Assembly (NCBI GenBank): GCA_051531975.1
Contig: JAOPTT010000009.1
Location: forward strand, 352,001 to 416,000
Reading direction: 5' to 3'
Length of the DNA stretch: 64,000 bases
Source: Spirochaetaceae bacterium
GTDB taxonomy: Bacteria > Spirochaetota > Spirochaetia > DSM-2461
The position numbers and the translations under genes are program-made. This document shows, piece by piece, positions 50,801-61,063 of this stretch (within the stretch, counting starts at the first letter, position 1; each line of letters begins with the position of its first letter). Under the pieces are notes generated by a model, which was given only the letters and a program-made list of their open reading frames with translations, had not been told where the DNA came from and made no database searches.

Positions 50801-52934
50801 AAGTATTGGATCTAATTCTGTTGTTGATATTTGGAGTTTTGGTGATACTGATTTAGAAGCATATCTGTACTCTGATGATAAACTTTTAGAGTATAACAAC
50901 GATAGCCCAGGGGACTGGAACTTTTTTATGTCAAAGAAGTTAAATAAAGGTATGTATAAACTTATATTAAAAGGCAATAAAAGAGGATCAAGTTCCATAT
51001 TTGTAAAAGAGAGAATTAGCGGTGCTGGTAAAAATATACAACTCCCATATAAAAATGAAATAGATATATCCGATGATGTAGTTGTATATAATATACCTGT
51101 TACAACTGGAATTAAACCTATCAATATAATTGCAGAAAGTAGTAAAGATATATTTATATACTTATATAAAGGTACAGAAAAGATAGCCCAGAGCGTTAAC
51201 CAACTAGCAATACCAATTGGTGGGGATAGTTATTCTGTACAGTTTGTTCAAAGAAGTAATTCAGGAACTAAAGTTAATATCTCTATAGAGTACCCAGAGT
51301 TAAGTTTATTAGATTTTAATTCATCAAGAACTGTAGTTAATAGTAAGGCTGCCAGATTAGAAAATAAAAATGGATTAAATTATTATTTAAATGCAGAGGA
51401 CGTACTATATTCCTCTGGAGTTGATAGAATAATGTCGACATTAACAGCACTTAGTGTTAATACAAAGGATAATTTTGGTTATCTACTTTCAACGACTTCT
51501 GTAATCGGTAATTTAGAATCTAGACCAGTAGAGCTAGAGTCAGGAAAAGGACAAACTGTAGATGTCTTTACTGATTCAGTTGGTTTTAAACTTACAAATC
51601 CTACAAATAACTTAACACTAGTCAAAGCTGTTAGCCCAGGATCAATGTTAGGATTAGAAATTGATAATAAAGGTATAAATTGGGAGCAGTCCTGGACTTC
51701 TGATGCTAAATCTTTAGTGGTCATCAATCCTAATAAAAAAATAATTGGGACTATGTGGAATGGTAATCAAACTAAAACTAAAGCAAGTTTAATTAGTAAA
51801 AACTACTCTGTGACAAAAATACAAAGTATTACTGAAGGTGGAACTTACCAAATAGAGAAATCTGAAGCTAAAGTATTTGATTTAGATTCAAAAGGGTACT
51901 CAGTTGTTCTTAGTAAAGGGTGTGTTGCATCTATTTGGCAAAAAGATAAGCTAATCAAAACATATTATGCAAATACCGATGACTCAAGCTTTTCCTTGGC
52001 TGAAGGTTTGTACTCAATAGGCGTTATTAATTTAACAAATCAAAAAGGTCTGATAAATTTTCAGGTTGGAGACAGTGGATCATTTACAACCGTTGTTGGA
52101 TTAGACCACGACTTTGAAAGTTATTTTACAGAAGCTGGTACCAAGATCTTTAACATAGCAGAGACAACTGGTAATAATCTGCTTCATCTATATGGAGATA
52201 TAAATAGTATAAAAATATTTGATAGTCGTGGTACGTATAAAGAGATATTACAACCAGATAGGTTAATTTCTTTAGATATTAAAGGTGGCAGAATAGAAGT
52301 ATCCTATAATCCTGGATTATTAAGAGTATGGGAAGGTCTAGAAAAAGATCGAGATACCACGTTTGCTACTGCAGGAAGATCAAAATCCAGCCAAAACTTA
52401 AACATTAAAGAACCAGTTTTTATTACGTTTAAAACTACTAATAGTGGTGTCTCTTCTATATTAAAAGATGGAGTCTTAGTAGGTTCCACACAAGGGTTAT
52501 ATCCACAGGGTCGAGTTTTAAACTACTATTTTAATAAAGGTAATTACCAGATTGTTTCTAGATCTATAGGTGGTGGATTACAATCTGGGGAGTTAATACA
52601 AAATAGACAAAAACCTATAGAACTTACAGGGGACTATGGTGATTCTGAACTATTTTTAAGTAGTGGTGAGAGTCACATATATAGTTTTAATGTTGTAACT
52701 GATAGTAAAATTGGTATAGGTGTTAAAACAAACAAAGATTATATAACAACAAAAATATACGATTCAGATTTTAACTTTCTAGATTCTGGAGCTCTTAATT
52801 TTATAGACTTAAAACAGGGGAAATATTTCATGATTGTAGAATCAGAAGATACAGTTAGATATACACCTGTTGTATATGGTTTAAATGGTTCAGTTCAAGC
52901 AGTTCCAGAAGATGTAATAAAAGGTTATAGGTAG
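47853..52934 (+). CDS. Large secreted multidomain beta-sandwich protein
   Basis: 1693 aa, signal peptide, recurring L-x-x-G-x-Y strands (LDAGEY, LTEGTY, LKEGFY, LKPGQY, LEPGDY, LNKGMY, LKQGKY). Confidence 0.75.
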   Translation: MIKKLFIILFILFPVCLFSSTNKEIKESIAPMGLGDGFLWNTDNPTSLDSSDKVRGSNSLEEEILYFKKTLSGDKITHKETFNIPVARRVVITSASQKGSRITLIDRMSGVLKSGSNRIEIDLDAGEYQLQIENQKTDSPTVTVYGYHEVNNIKEQDFFLNSKPGEYLDLSLTGNQQRSFWVKAEKDEPVIFEALGRNINHISIWKDGLWKVKTDFRVVKKEIIKGQPLNFIEFNNSLTEGTYLIKVSGTLDNRWSVEKSKNKNPLYVRTTPITIKQGQATSVLISPFGFDSYMYQRANYFVAAPKTKSTIYLKTSDYSIGYSRYRDNRIAKLDAEDYERQCILEGRYSSNLSNLILEGTPGTVVKLGVFNVTSDDSLDLNGKDGRRRYFINAFIPVAGENSIDITPLLNNNEKEVIKSGFLPLGPGEPIVRLYNLKNGAPYFIHVKKSGTYAIQELGDETNANAIFNIKNLRNLYDYQDLENYVSGDSIKLKEGFYLLNINPQKYGIHNFVFFSKPFTALSTGALLKSAQRHNKSNKAEKLSSFNWSEVILNNNRTSDFQLFFNTRDKKVVNFIELPIDVSNNHLPLVLMPNESVSLPMETVKDSKFIISGKNYKLTDSNGRSISTISSGGIFDVILTNIGTSRELYTIGTEPITSKVINKKPTKKIMDSLPKLVNGSTTYVDFDRGQTLTYLLTVDKSGLYRVETTGRLRTSVSIRTANITSLYSGTENGIGRNGLINTFLKPGQYLIEIKTKGNSKGRAGISIHENELVNANQLGVGDTHRIEVAKNSALKFPISIKELGEYQFSTLLLNSNSKLRLEDKDGWPIYINNSGTSSFWAKLEPDDYTYYSLPKNRSARRVTTINKKTETEKGVIPLNSSVSDLWLESETRVPNSFNFSFKAFHKGYINFSEGFEAWVENIAGEKLFHSDNKRIKYELEPGDYSLKIRTIEVDNKRRYNLEIYTPELAVDNIRKVQVPGEYEVSIGSNSVVDIWSFGDTDLEAYLYSDDKLLEYNNDSPGDWNFFMSKKLNKGMYKLILKGNKRGSSSIFVKERISGAGKNIQLPYKNEIDISDDVVVYNIPVTTGIKPINIIAESSKDIFIYLYKGTEKIAQSVNQLAIPIGGDSYSVQFVQRSNSGTKVNISIEYPELSLLDFNSSRTVVNSKAARLENKNGLNYYLNAEDVLYSSGVDRIMSTLTALSVNTKDNFGYLLSTTSVIGNLESRPVELESGKGQTVDVFTDSVGFKLTNPTNNLTLVKAVSPGSMLGLEIDNKGINWEQSWTSDAKSLVVINPNKKIIGTMWNGNQTKTKASLISKNYSVTKIQSITEGGTYQIEKSEAKVFDLDSKGYSVVLSKGCVASIWQKDKLIKTYYANTDDSSFSLAEGLYSIGVINLTNQKGLINFQVGDSGSFTTVVGLDHDFESYFTEAGTKIFNIAETTGNNLLHLYGDINSIKIFDSRGTYKEILQPDRLISLDIKGGRIEVSYNPGLLRVWEGLEKDRDTTFATAGRSKSSQNLNIKEPVFITFKTTNSGVSSILKDGVLVGSTQGLYPQGRVLNYYFNKGNYQIVSRSIGGGLQSGELIQNRQKPIELTGDYGDSELFLSSGESHIYSFNVVTDSKIGIGVKTNKDYITTKIYDSDFNFLDSGALNFIDLKQGKYFMIVESEDTVRYTPVVYGLNGSVQAVPEDVIKGYR

Positions 52935-52936
52935 AG

Positions 52937-55900
52937 ATGATAATGAGAATTAAAGCGATAATTTTAGGAATATTTTTAACAGTTATAGGTAATTTATATG
53001 CAGCCGAAGTCAGTATTGTTCCATCTAGTTTTCTACGAAACTGGGACCCTATAACAGTCTTTTATAGTTCAGATATAGGCCCAGATTTAGGAGGTCCACT
53101 AGATGATCCAACTGAGTTTATAAAGATAGAACCTAAACACCCTGGGGAATATAGATGGATAGATTCTAGAACTTTACAATTTAATCCAACAATTCCATGG
53201 CCACCACTATCAAATTATAAGATAACGTCTAATAAAACTACTCAGTTTTTATCAACACTAATGGTTCGGCCAAGTAGGGTTAACCCAAGTAACGGTTCTA
53301 AAAATCTTAAACCTGTAGACAGTATAACTTTAACTTTTAGTTCAGAAATTAAAATTGAACAACTAAGACAAATTACAACATTAGAAGTTAGGCCTTTACC
53401 AGGAGTTGGGGATGATAAAATATATACTATTAGTTCAAAAGATTTTGTAATTACTAGGGAAGAAGGTAACTCTAATAGCTTTGTATTTAGATTAAAACTA
53501 AATAAACCAATACCATACGGAAAAAGTATTAGTTTAAAACTTGCACTGTCCACCGATAGTTCAATAGAGGGTGGAGCCGCAATATATAAATTTTCTACAA
53601 AAGATGATTTTAGAATAGTTTCAATGGGTTCAGGGTATAACTCATATCCTATTTCAAGTAGTGGAAGTGTCTATAACCAGTCCCAGAGTATCAATTGTGG
53701 AACAGGGAATTCTCCACTGTTTATTGAATTTTCAGAAAGACCTGGAAAATTAAATATAGACGATGTTAAAAAACTAGTAAGTTTTGAACCATCTGTTTCT
53801 AAGTTCTCATTTTCTCAAGCAGGGAATAGAATCTATCTTAATTTTAATGTTGATAAAGAGACACCATATAAATTTACTATAAACGACTATAAAATCAAAA
53901 GTAGTTCAGGGCGGAATCTTGCAAAATTAGGAAAGACATCTCTCTATTTTTATTATCAAAATTTATCCCCATATATAAAGTGGAAAAAAGGTCAGGTTAT
54001 AACTGAGAAATATGGACCAAAATTCTTTCCTATGGAGGGAAGAGCAACAGACACTGTTGACCTTCGGATATATAAAATTGATTCTGGAGACAGAAGATTT
54101 TGGCCATTTCCAAGTAGACCGGTAGTTATTAATGAGGATAAATCCCCATTAATGCCTGGGGAAGATGAATATGCAAGATCCATTGAGGATCATATCAAGC
54201 TATTAAAAGCTCCTCCTGTATCCTTAGTAGTTCCACTACCAATAAGTAAAAACTCTGGTAAGACAGCATTTGGACTAGACTTAGAGGAGTATTTTACCTC
54301 AATATCAGGAAAAAATGCCCCAGGTACATATTTAGTTGGTTATAGAACTCTAGGTAGTAGTAGAGAGAGAAATTATGTAAAAGTTGTTGTGACAGATTTA
54401 AGCTTTACCACAATAGAAGAGGAGGGGGGAGCAAATCTAATAGTTACCTCCCTTGATAGTGGACTGCCTGTAGACGGTGCAACTATAACACTTGAAAGCT
54501 ACATCTATAATAAAGACACTGATGAAAGTACATGGGAATCTCAGTTAAGAGGAAAAACAGATTCAGATGGGCAGTTTTATCTAAACCATACGAAGAAGTT
54601 TAAAAACAGTATAGGACGAATAAAAATAACTAAAGATGATGACATTCTTATATTAGATACAAAGACTCCTCCTCCATCCTTTAGTGGAAACCACTGGTAC
54701 AGTAGAAGTGGGAAATGGCTTGGTTGGTTAACAAATAGTCCAAGGGATAATAAATCGGAGGGTAGAGTAAAGGGTTACATTTTTACAGAGAGACCAGTTT
54801 ATAAACCAAACGAAGAAGTTCATATATTAGGGTATGTAAGGTATCGAGAAAAGGGATTAATTAAAAAAGACACAAGTAAAGATTCAGAAAAGATTCTTTC
54901 TATATATGGTCCTGGAAATAAAACATGGGACTACCCTATTGTAATGGAAGGCAATGATCAGTTTTACCACCTTTTTAACGAAAAAGATCTGCCAACAGGG
55001 CACTACAGTGCTTCAATTAAAAATAAAAAGAGTGGATCAGTTTTAGCCTCAGTTCATTTTAAAAAAGAGGCTTATAGAGTTCCTAAATTTGAGATCAATT
55101 TAACTGGTCCAGATAAAGTACCTGCAGATAAACCATTCCAGGTGGAACTTATTGCTGACTATTATGCTGGTGGCCGGGTCGTTGCACAAAGTGTTAGTTG
55201 GAATGTTACCAAGTACCCATATTTTGCTACTAGTAAAAATTATCCAGGCTTTGAATTTGCAACAGATGAAAGATTCTCTGGTTACTCTAGATACTCATCT
55301 ATTGGTAGTAACTACCATAGAAATAAAACCGATGCCAATGGTTCTGCAAAGTTAAAGTTGAATCCACAAGCTGAGAATGGAATATCCGCACTAAGATATT
55401 TAATAGAAGCTACTGTTAGAGGTGCAGATTCCCAGACTGTAACAGATAGTAAAGAGGTCGTTGCACTTCCTCCATTTTCATTAGGTTTAAAAGTAGATAA
55501 GTTTATAAAAGACAAAAACGAGATTGCTGCCGAGGTTATACTTCTAGATTTTAACGATAAGCCATTAGAGGGTAGAGAATTTACCCTTAGATTATATAAA
55601 AGAGAGTGGCACTCATATCTATCAGAAACGGACTTTACTACAGGTGAAGCAAAATATATAAGCGATGTTGTAGATGATAAAATATTAGAAAAAGTCTATA
55701 AATCTACCGGGGATGAAGCTACAAAGATTTTATTAGAAACAGAAGAATCAGGTGTTTATCTACTGGAGATTTTAGCCACAGACGATTTAGGCCGGCTACA
55801 AAAAATTAAGTCAGACTTCTATGTAACTGGAGATACTCCAACAAGCTGGGAGAAAACTAAATCTAATGTATTTGATACTATTTTAGATAAAAAGAATTAC

Positions 55901-58639
55901 AACCCAGGGGACGAGGTAACAATGTTACTTAAAAGTCCATTCCAAAGTGCAAATGCTTTAGTTATTGTGGAAACTCCAACTGAGAATTTATACCACTGGG
56001 TTCCTATAGAAAATGGACAGGGAATATTCAAATTAAAAATTAAAAAAGATATGGTTCCAGGAGTTCCTGTTTATACACTGTTAATGAGAGGACGAATCCA
56101 AGGTTCTGGTATTAAAAACTTTATAGATAGAGGTAAACCAATATCTATGGGAAATACCACCTGGATAGATGTAAACCCAGAATCTAACCAGTTAAAAGTT
56201 AATGTGAGCCATCCTAAAGTAGTCCTTCCAGGCTCGACTATAAAAATGGATATAACCCTAGAGGATTCTTATGGGAATCTAAAAAATGGGGATGTTGCAC
56301 TATGGCTTGTAGATAGAGCTGTCTTAGCTCTTGGTGATGAACAAAGACTCGCACCATTAGATGCTTTTATAGATCCTGTTTATAGTTTTTTATCAATTAG
56401 AGATATTAGAAACAGTGTCGTTGGAAATCTAACTGTAGAAGAATTATCAGGTGGTGGTGGTTCTGAGAGCATGGCAAAAATGGCAGAGATGGCATTGGCT
56501 AAAAAAAGTCTATTAGATAATAAAACAGTTAGAAAAAACTTTAAAACTGTGGCTTATTATAATAAAAGAATACAGGTTAGAAATGGTAAAGCTACAATAA
56601 CTATAAATCTACCAGATAACTTAACAGATTTTGCAATTAGAGCAGTAGCAGTTTCTGGATATGACAAATTTGGTACTACAAAATCCGTACTCTCTGTAAG
56701 ACTCCCTGTAATTATACAGAGTGCTATACCTAGATTTGTAAGACCTGGTGACTCTATGGTTGCAGGTGGAATTGGCCGGATAGTTGAAGGGCCTAATGGT
56801 GACGGAATAGTTCAGATTCAATCAGATGATCTATTGTTAAATGGAAATAAACACTCTATTACAGAGGCTGTTGAACTAAGTAGAGTTCCTAATAAACTCT
56901 TTTATCAGATAGATGTTCCTAAAACCCTAACAGATAAAGCAACTATTGAATTTAAAATGGCAATAGAGCGAACTTCAGATGCAGCTGGTGATGCTTTCTT
57001 GGCTGAACTTCCAGTAAGTTATCTTAATATGAAAGCTTCCAAAGATGGATTCTATGATCTAGAACAAGGTGATACTATAAAATTCCCATACCCTAATACG
57101 TCTGTAAAAAAAAGCTCTGTTTCCCAAATAGCATTTGTCTCAGATAACCAATCAATAATAACTATGTTTCAAGGTTTACAGCTATTAGAAGAGTATCCCC
57201 ATGGTTGTTTAGAGCAGCGTATTAGTAAACTATATCCACTATTAGCAATGGAGAATATACTATCAGATTTTGATCTACCAGATAGTTATAAAGTAGATAA
57301 CAACAGTATTAACTCATTTTTAATATACCTGGCTTCTGTACAATCTAAAAATGGTCTATATAGCTTCTGGCCAGGTTCAACTACCTATGTTGGTCTAACA
57401 GCTTATACCATGGAATTTCTTACTTTATTAAAAGAAAATGGTTATTCAGTTCCTGAAAATATACTAAAAAGTACAGCAGATTCTTTAAAGAGTTCTTTAA
57501 GATCTGATTCAAGATATCTAATTTCAGAATACTCCCTTAGAGAGAGAATAGATGCTTTTAGTGCCCTGTCTAATTATGGATATTTTGATAAGAATTATGC
57601 CTCGGATCTATTAAATAGTGCTAAACAATCAGACCTATATAACAAAGCTAAAATGGTTATAGCCTATTATCAAAATGGTAGAGGTTCCGATAAAAAAGTT
57701 AAAGAATTGGTTTCCCAGCTATGGACAGCAACAACTTTTAAAAGAATTGGGAAAAAAGAGGTCTTTGACGGTCTTCAGTATAAAAACCGAATCTGGGGTG
57801 GAATTATAATCAGTAGTGAGATAGATACTCTCTCTAAAGTGATAAAAGCCTTAAATTTAGCAGATCCTAAAAATGATAAGCTAGAATTAATGGTAGATTA
57901 TCTAGTTAAAGAAGGTGGTGGTAACGGCTGGGGTAGTACTAAAGCTACAAGTTCAGCACTTCTGACATTAAAAGATAGTATAACTACAGAATATAAAAAA
58001 TCTAGATCTAGCTTCTCTGTAAATAGTGATAAGACTGATATTAAATCATCCTTAAATGTTGTAACCCTAAAAGAAGATGATAGAGGAACATTTACATATA
58101 ATAAGGGTAAAGATCCTCTCTATGTATGGTTACAAACTAGGTATCACATAGCTGAGAATGTGAGAAATCTAAAACAAGAGAGTACTGGGTTTTTAGTATC
58201 ATCGGAACTTATGCCAATAATTAATGTTACTGAGTACGATAAACGAATTAAAGTAGATGCTGGTAAAACTATAACTCTAAATAGGGATGATGTTGTAGAG
58301 CAGCATGTTACTGTAATTAACTCGGAAACTAGTAACTATGTAGCAATTACAATTCCACTAGCAGCTGGTTTTGATCCACTAAATCCAGAATTATTAACAT
58401 CTCCACCAGAAGCAAAACCAACAGGTAAGATAACTAGAAAACCTAGTTATGCAATGTATTTAGACGATAAAGTTATCTACTACTACGATAATTTACCAAA
58501 AGGTACATATAATTTTTACTTTAGACTTAGAGCTACAACCCAGGGGGAGTTTTTCCTACCTCCATCTTATGCAGAGAAAATGTATCAGATGTCATATCGA
58601 GGAATGTCTAATGCTGGAGTTATAAATATTGAGCAATAA
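52937..58639 (+). CDS. Bacterial alpha-2-macroglobulin
   Basis: FTERPVYKPNE, YRVPKFE, LPDNLTDF, PRFVRPGD, thioester motif YPHGCLEQ, GWGSTK; followed by pbpC. Confidence 0.92.
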   Translation: MIMRIKAIILGIFLTVIGNLYAAEVSIVPSSFLRNWDPITVFYSSDIGPDLGGPLDDPTEFIKIEPKHPGEYRWIDSRTLQFNPTIPWPPLSNYKITSNKTTQFLSTLMVRPSRVNPSNGSKNLKPVDSITLTFSSEIKIEQLRQITTLEVRPLPGVGDDKIYTISSKDFVITREEGNSNSFVFRLKLNKPIPYGKSISLKLALSTDSSIEGGAAIYKFSTKDDFRIVSMGSGYNSYPISSSGSVYNQSQSINCGTGNSPLFIEFSERPGKLNIDDVKKLVSFEPSVSKFSFSQAGNRIYLNFNVDKETPYKFTINDYKIKSSSGRNLAKLGKTSLYFYYQNLSPYIKWKKGQVITEKYGPKFFPMEGRATDTVDLRIYKIDSGDRRFWPFPSRPVVINEDKSPLMPGEDEYARSIEDHIKLLKAPPVSLVVPLPISKNSGKTAFGLDLEEYFTSISGKNAPGTYLVGYRTLGSSRERNYVKVVVTDLSFTTIEEEGGANLIVTSLDSGLPVDGATITLESYIYNKDTDESTWESQLRGKTDSDGQFYLNHTKKFKNSIGRIKITKDDDILILDTKTPPPSFSGNHWYSRSGKWLGWLTNSPRDNKSEGRVKGYIFTERPVYKPNEEVHILGYVRYREKGLIKKDTSKDSEKILSIYGPGNKTWDYPIVMEGNDQFYHLFNEKDLPTGHYSASIKNKKSGSVLASVHFKKEAYRVPKFEINLTGPDKVPADKPFQVELIADYYAGGRVVAQSVSWNVTKYPYFATSKNYPGFEFATDERFSGYSRYSSIGSNYHRNKTDANGSAKLKLNPQAENGISALRYLIEATVRGADSQTVTDSKEVVALPPFSLGLKVDKFIKDKNEIAAEVILLDFNDKPLEGREFTLRLYKREWHSYLSETDFTTGEAKYISDVVDDKILEKVYKSTGDEATKILLETEESGVYLLEILATDDLGRLQKIKSDFYVTGDTPTSWEKTKSNVFDTILDKKNYNPGDEVTMLLKSPFQSANALVIVETPTENLYHWVPIENGQGIFKLKIKKDMVPGVPVYTLLMRGRIQGSGIKNFIDRGKPISMGNTTWIDVNPESNQLKVNVSHPKVVLPGSTIKMDITLEDSYGNLKNGDVALWLVDRAVLALGDEQRLAPLDAFIDPVYSFLSIRDIRNSVVGNLTVEELSGGGGSESMAKMAEMALAKKSLLDNKTVRKNFKTVAYYNKRIQVRNGKATITINLPDNLTDFAIRAVAVSGYDKFGTTKSVLSVRLPVIIQSAIPRFVRPGDSMVAGGIGRIVEGPNGDGIVQIQSDDLLLNGNKHSITEAVELSRVPNKLFYQIDVPKTLTDKATIEFKMAIERTSDAAGDAFLAELPVSYLNMKASKDGFYDLEQGDTIKFPYPNTSVKKSSVSQIAFVSDNQSIITMFQGLQLLEEYPHGCLEQRISKLYPLLAMENILSDFDLPDSYKVDNNSINSFLIYLASVQSKNGLYSFWPGSTTYVGLTAYTMEFLTLLKENGYSVPENILKSTADSLKSSLRSDSRYLISEYSLRERIDAFSALSNYGYFDKNYASDLLNSAKQSDLYNKAKMVIAYYQNGRGSDKKVKELVSQLWTATTFKRIGKKEVFDGLQYKNRIWGGIIISSEIDTLSKVIKALNLADPKNDKLELMVDYLVKEGGGNGWGSTKATSSALLTLKDSITTEYKKSRSSFSVNSDKTDIKSSLNVVTLKEDDRGTFTYNKGKDPLYVWLQTRYHIAENVRNLKQESTGFLVSSELMPIINVTEYDKRIKVDAGKTITLNRDDVVEQHVTVINSETSNYVAITIPLAAGFDPLNPELLTSPPEAKPTGKITRKPSYAMYLDDKVIYYYDNLPKGTYNFYFRLRATTQGEFFLPPSYAEKMYQMSYRGMSNAGVINIEQ

Positions 58640-60965
58640 AAGGGTTCTCTTATTACCCTTTTTTATAGCATTAATAATTATACTGGTTCAGTTTATATAC
58701 ATAACCAGTATATCTACAATTAAAGATTATATATCAACTCCAATAATAGAGGACGATAGAGGGGCATATTTAACTGAAGGTGATGGTTCATTAAGGGATT
58801 ATGGATATTGGATCCTAGAAGATACTAAAAACTTGAGAGTTAAAGACTCAATTATAGCTATTGAAGATAAAAGGTTTTTTAATCATTTTGGTCTAGACTT
58901 TAGAGCTATATTTAGAGCTATAAAAGAGAATGTTGTAAATAAAAATCCCCAGGGTGCATCTACCTTAGCTATGCAAGTAGTGCGAATTCAGGAACAAAAT
59001 TCTAGAACCTTAATAACCAAGATATACGAAACATCAGCGGCATTTTTTATGACTATTAGATATGGCCGGGAAGCTGTATTAAAACAGTATATGACTATAG
59101 TTCCTTTAGGAAAAAGAATTCATGGTTTTTCTTATGGTGCTAGACGTTATTTCCAGAAACCAATAGAGGATTTAAGTTGGGCCGAATCCGCAATTTTAGC
59201 ATCCCTACCTAAAGCTCCAAGTAGAATGAACTTAACTACATATAGAGGTATGGCTCTAGCAAAAGATCGAGGTGAAATTGTTTTAAAAAGACTCTTTGAT
59301 CAAGGCTTTTTAGATGAGGATGTATATACTAGGGAACTTGAAAATCTTAAAGATTATAGAGCTCTAGGTTTAGAAAAAAGACCAACAAACTCCTACCATT
59401 ATCTAATTAGACTTAGTCAAGAACTTAAAAATAGAGAACTGCAAGCTTACACTGGGACTATAAAAACCCATTTTAATACAAAATTGCAACAATACTTAAG
59501 GGATCATGTTTCAACTATCTACGAAGATTTATTAAACAGGGATGCAAATAATGTTGCTATTATTGTTACAAGCAGTAAAGGAGAGGTCCTAGGTTACATC
59601 GGTTCAGAAAATTATTATAATGAAAATGCTGATGGATCGATAAATTATGCTAATAGACGTCGATCTTCAGGGAGTACATTAAAACCTTTTTTATACCTAA
59701 AGGGGTTAGATGATAAAAAGTTTTTTCCAAGTTCAATAGTCGACGATCTACCAATACATATTGTGGATAAAGAGGGTAGTTATATTGCTGCCAATTACGA
59801 CGAGGACTTTTTAGGCCCTATGTTATACCGTAATACTTTAGCAAATAGTAGAAATATCCCATCAGTTAGAATCCTTGAGCAGATAGGACTATCTACAACT
59901 TATAACTATTTTAATAACCTAAACTTTGTGCATAGGGAACGATCTCCTATTTATTATGGTTATGGAATTATTTTAGGGGGTTTATATGTTACTTTAGAGG
60001 ATTTAGTGACAGGTTATGGGTCTATATTAAACGATGGTAAAAAGTTCAATTTAAAATGGTTTAATAACGACGATGATTCAAATGGAGTATCTGTTGGTAG
60101 TGAGTATAATTCAAGATTAATAACTAACTTTTTATCAGATCCAATAGCAAGATTACCATCATTTAAACGACTTGGCTCATTGGAGTATAACTACCCAGTT
60201 GCAATAAAAACTGGGACTAGTCAGGGTTATAGAGATGCCTGGACTATAGCATATTCCAAAGACTATATTACAGCTATTTGGATTGGGCGTAACGATAACG
60301 GTAAAATGAACCACCTCTCTGGTAGTATCGCAGCTAAGTATCTGAAACCAGTAATGAACTATCTACATCCAGACCAGGTTCAAGGGTATAATCAGAAACC
60401 ATTTTTGAAACCTGAATATAGTATCCAGGTCGATATATGTCCATTAAGTGGTCAGATAAAAGGTCCAAACTGTCCCAATAGTACAACAGAACTTTTTAGA
60501 GAGTCGGAAGCCCCAATAGATATATGTCCTGTTCATATTTCCCTAGCTATAGATATTAGAACTGGAACTTTAGCAAATCACAGAACACCAATAGATAAAA
60601 TTCAGAGTAGACCATTTACAAAACTACCTTCAAGGTATGCTGTTTGGAGCTCAAAAAACAATTTAAAACTACCTGTAATAGAGTCTTCAGAGATATTTTC
60701 AGAGTCTACTATTAAAATTACGGAACCAAAAAATGGAGCAAGGTACATTTTTGACTATGAAACCCCAGCTAGGTTTCAAACTATTCCAATAGTTGCAGAT
60801 GTTAAACCTAATGTCCCAGAGATAGAGTGGTATATCAACGATAAGTTATATAAAAGTGAAACATATCCCTATAAAATACGATTCCCACTAAGCCCTGGTG
60901 AATACAAAATTGAGGCTGTAGCAGATACAGTTAAAAGTAATATTGTAACTATTTATGTAGAATAG
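58629..60965 (+). CDS. pbpC: Penicillin-binding protein 1C
   Basis: Transglycosylase EDKRFFNHFG, GASTLAMQ; transpeptidase SGSTLKP, SRN, KTGTS; C-terminal Ig-like domain; TTG start overlapping the a2M end. Confidence 0.9.
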   Translation: MSNKRVLLLPFFIALIIILVQFIYITSISTIKDYISTPIIEDDRGAYLTEGDGSLRDYGYWILEDTKNLRVKDSIIAIEDKRFFNHFGLDFRAIFRAIKENVVNKNPQGASTLAMQVVRIQEQNSRTLITKIYETSAAFFMTIRYGREAVLKQYMTIVPLGKRIHGFSYGARRYFQKPIEDLSWAESAILASLPKAPSRMNLTTYRGMALAKDRGEIVLKRLFDQGFLDEDVYTRELENLKDYRALGLEKRPTNSYHYLIRLSQELKNRELQAYTGTIKTHFNTKLQQYLRDHVSTIYEDLLNRDANNVAIIVTSSKGEVLGYIGSENYYNENADGSINYANRRRSSGSTLKPFLYLKGLDDKKFFPSSIVDDLPIHIVDKEGSYIAANYDEDFLGPMLYRNTLANSRNIPSVRILEQIGLSTTYNYFNNLNFVHRERSPIYYGYGIILGGLYVTLEDLVTGYGSILNDGKKFNLKWFNNDDDSNGVSVGSEYNSRLITNFLSDPIARLPSFKRLGSLEYNYPVAIKTGTSQGYRDAWTIAYSKDYITAIWIGRNDNGKMNHLSGSIAAKYLKPVMNYLHPDQVQGYNQKPFLKPEYSIQVDICPLSGQIKGPNCPNSTTELFRESEAPIDICPVHISLAIDIRTGTLANHRTPIDKIQSRPFTKLPSRYAVWSSKNNLKLPVIESSEIFSESTIKITEPKNGARYIFDYETPARFQTIPIVADVKPNVPEIEWYINDKLYKSETYPYKIRFPLSPGEYKIEAVADTVKSNIVTIYVE

Positions 60966-61063
60966 ATAAAAACTAAAGAATATATCCGTTGGCTAAATTC
61001 ATTACTAATTTTATAAGCTTCAGGTGTCATTCCACTAAATTCATATGCACCTACTATAAAAAA
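60953..61063 (-). pseudogene. Fragment similar to the middle of the 61237-61638 protein
   Basis: Translates FFIVGAYEFSGMTPEAYKISNEFSQR..., aligning with LINLLKFEGATHEAYVIANNFNKR; no upstream start of its own. Confidence 0.45.
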
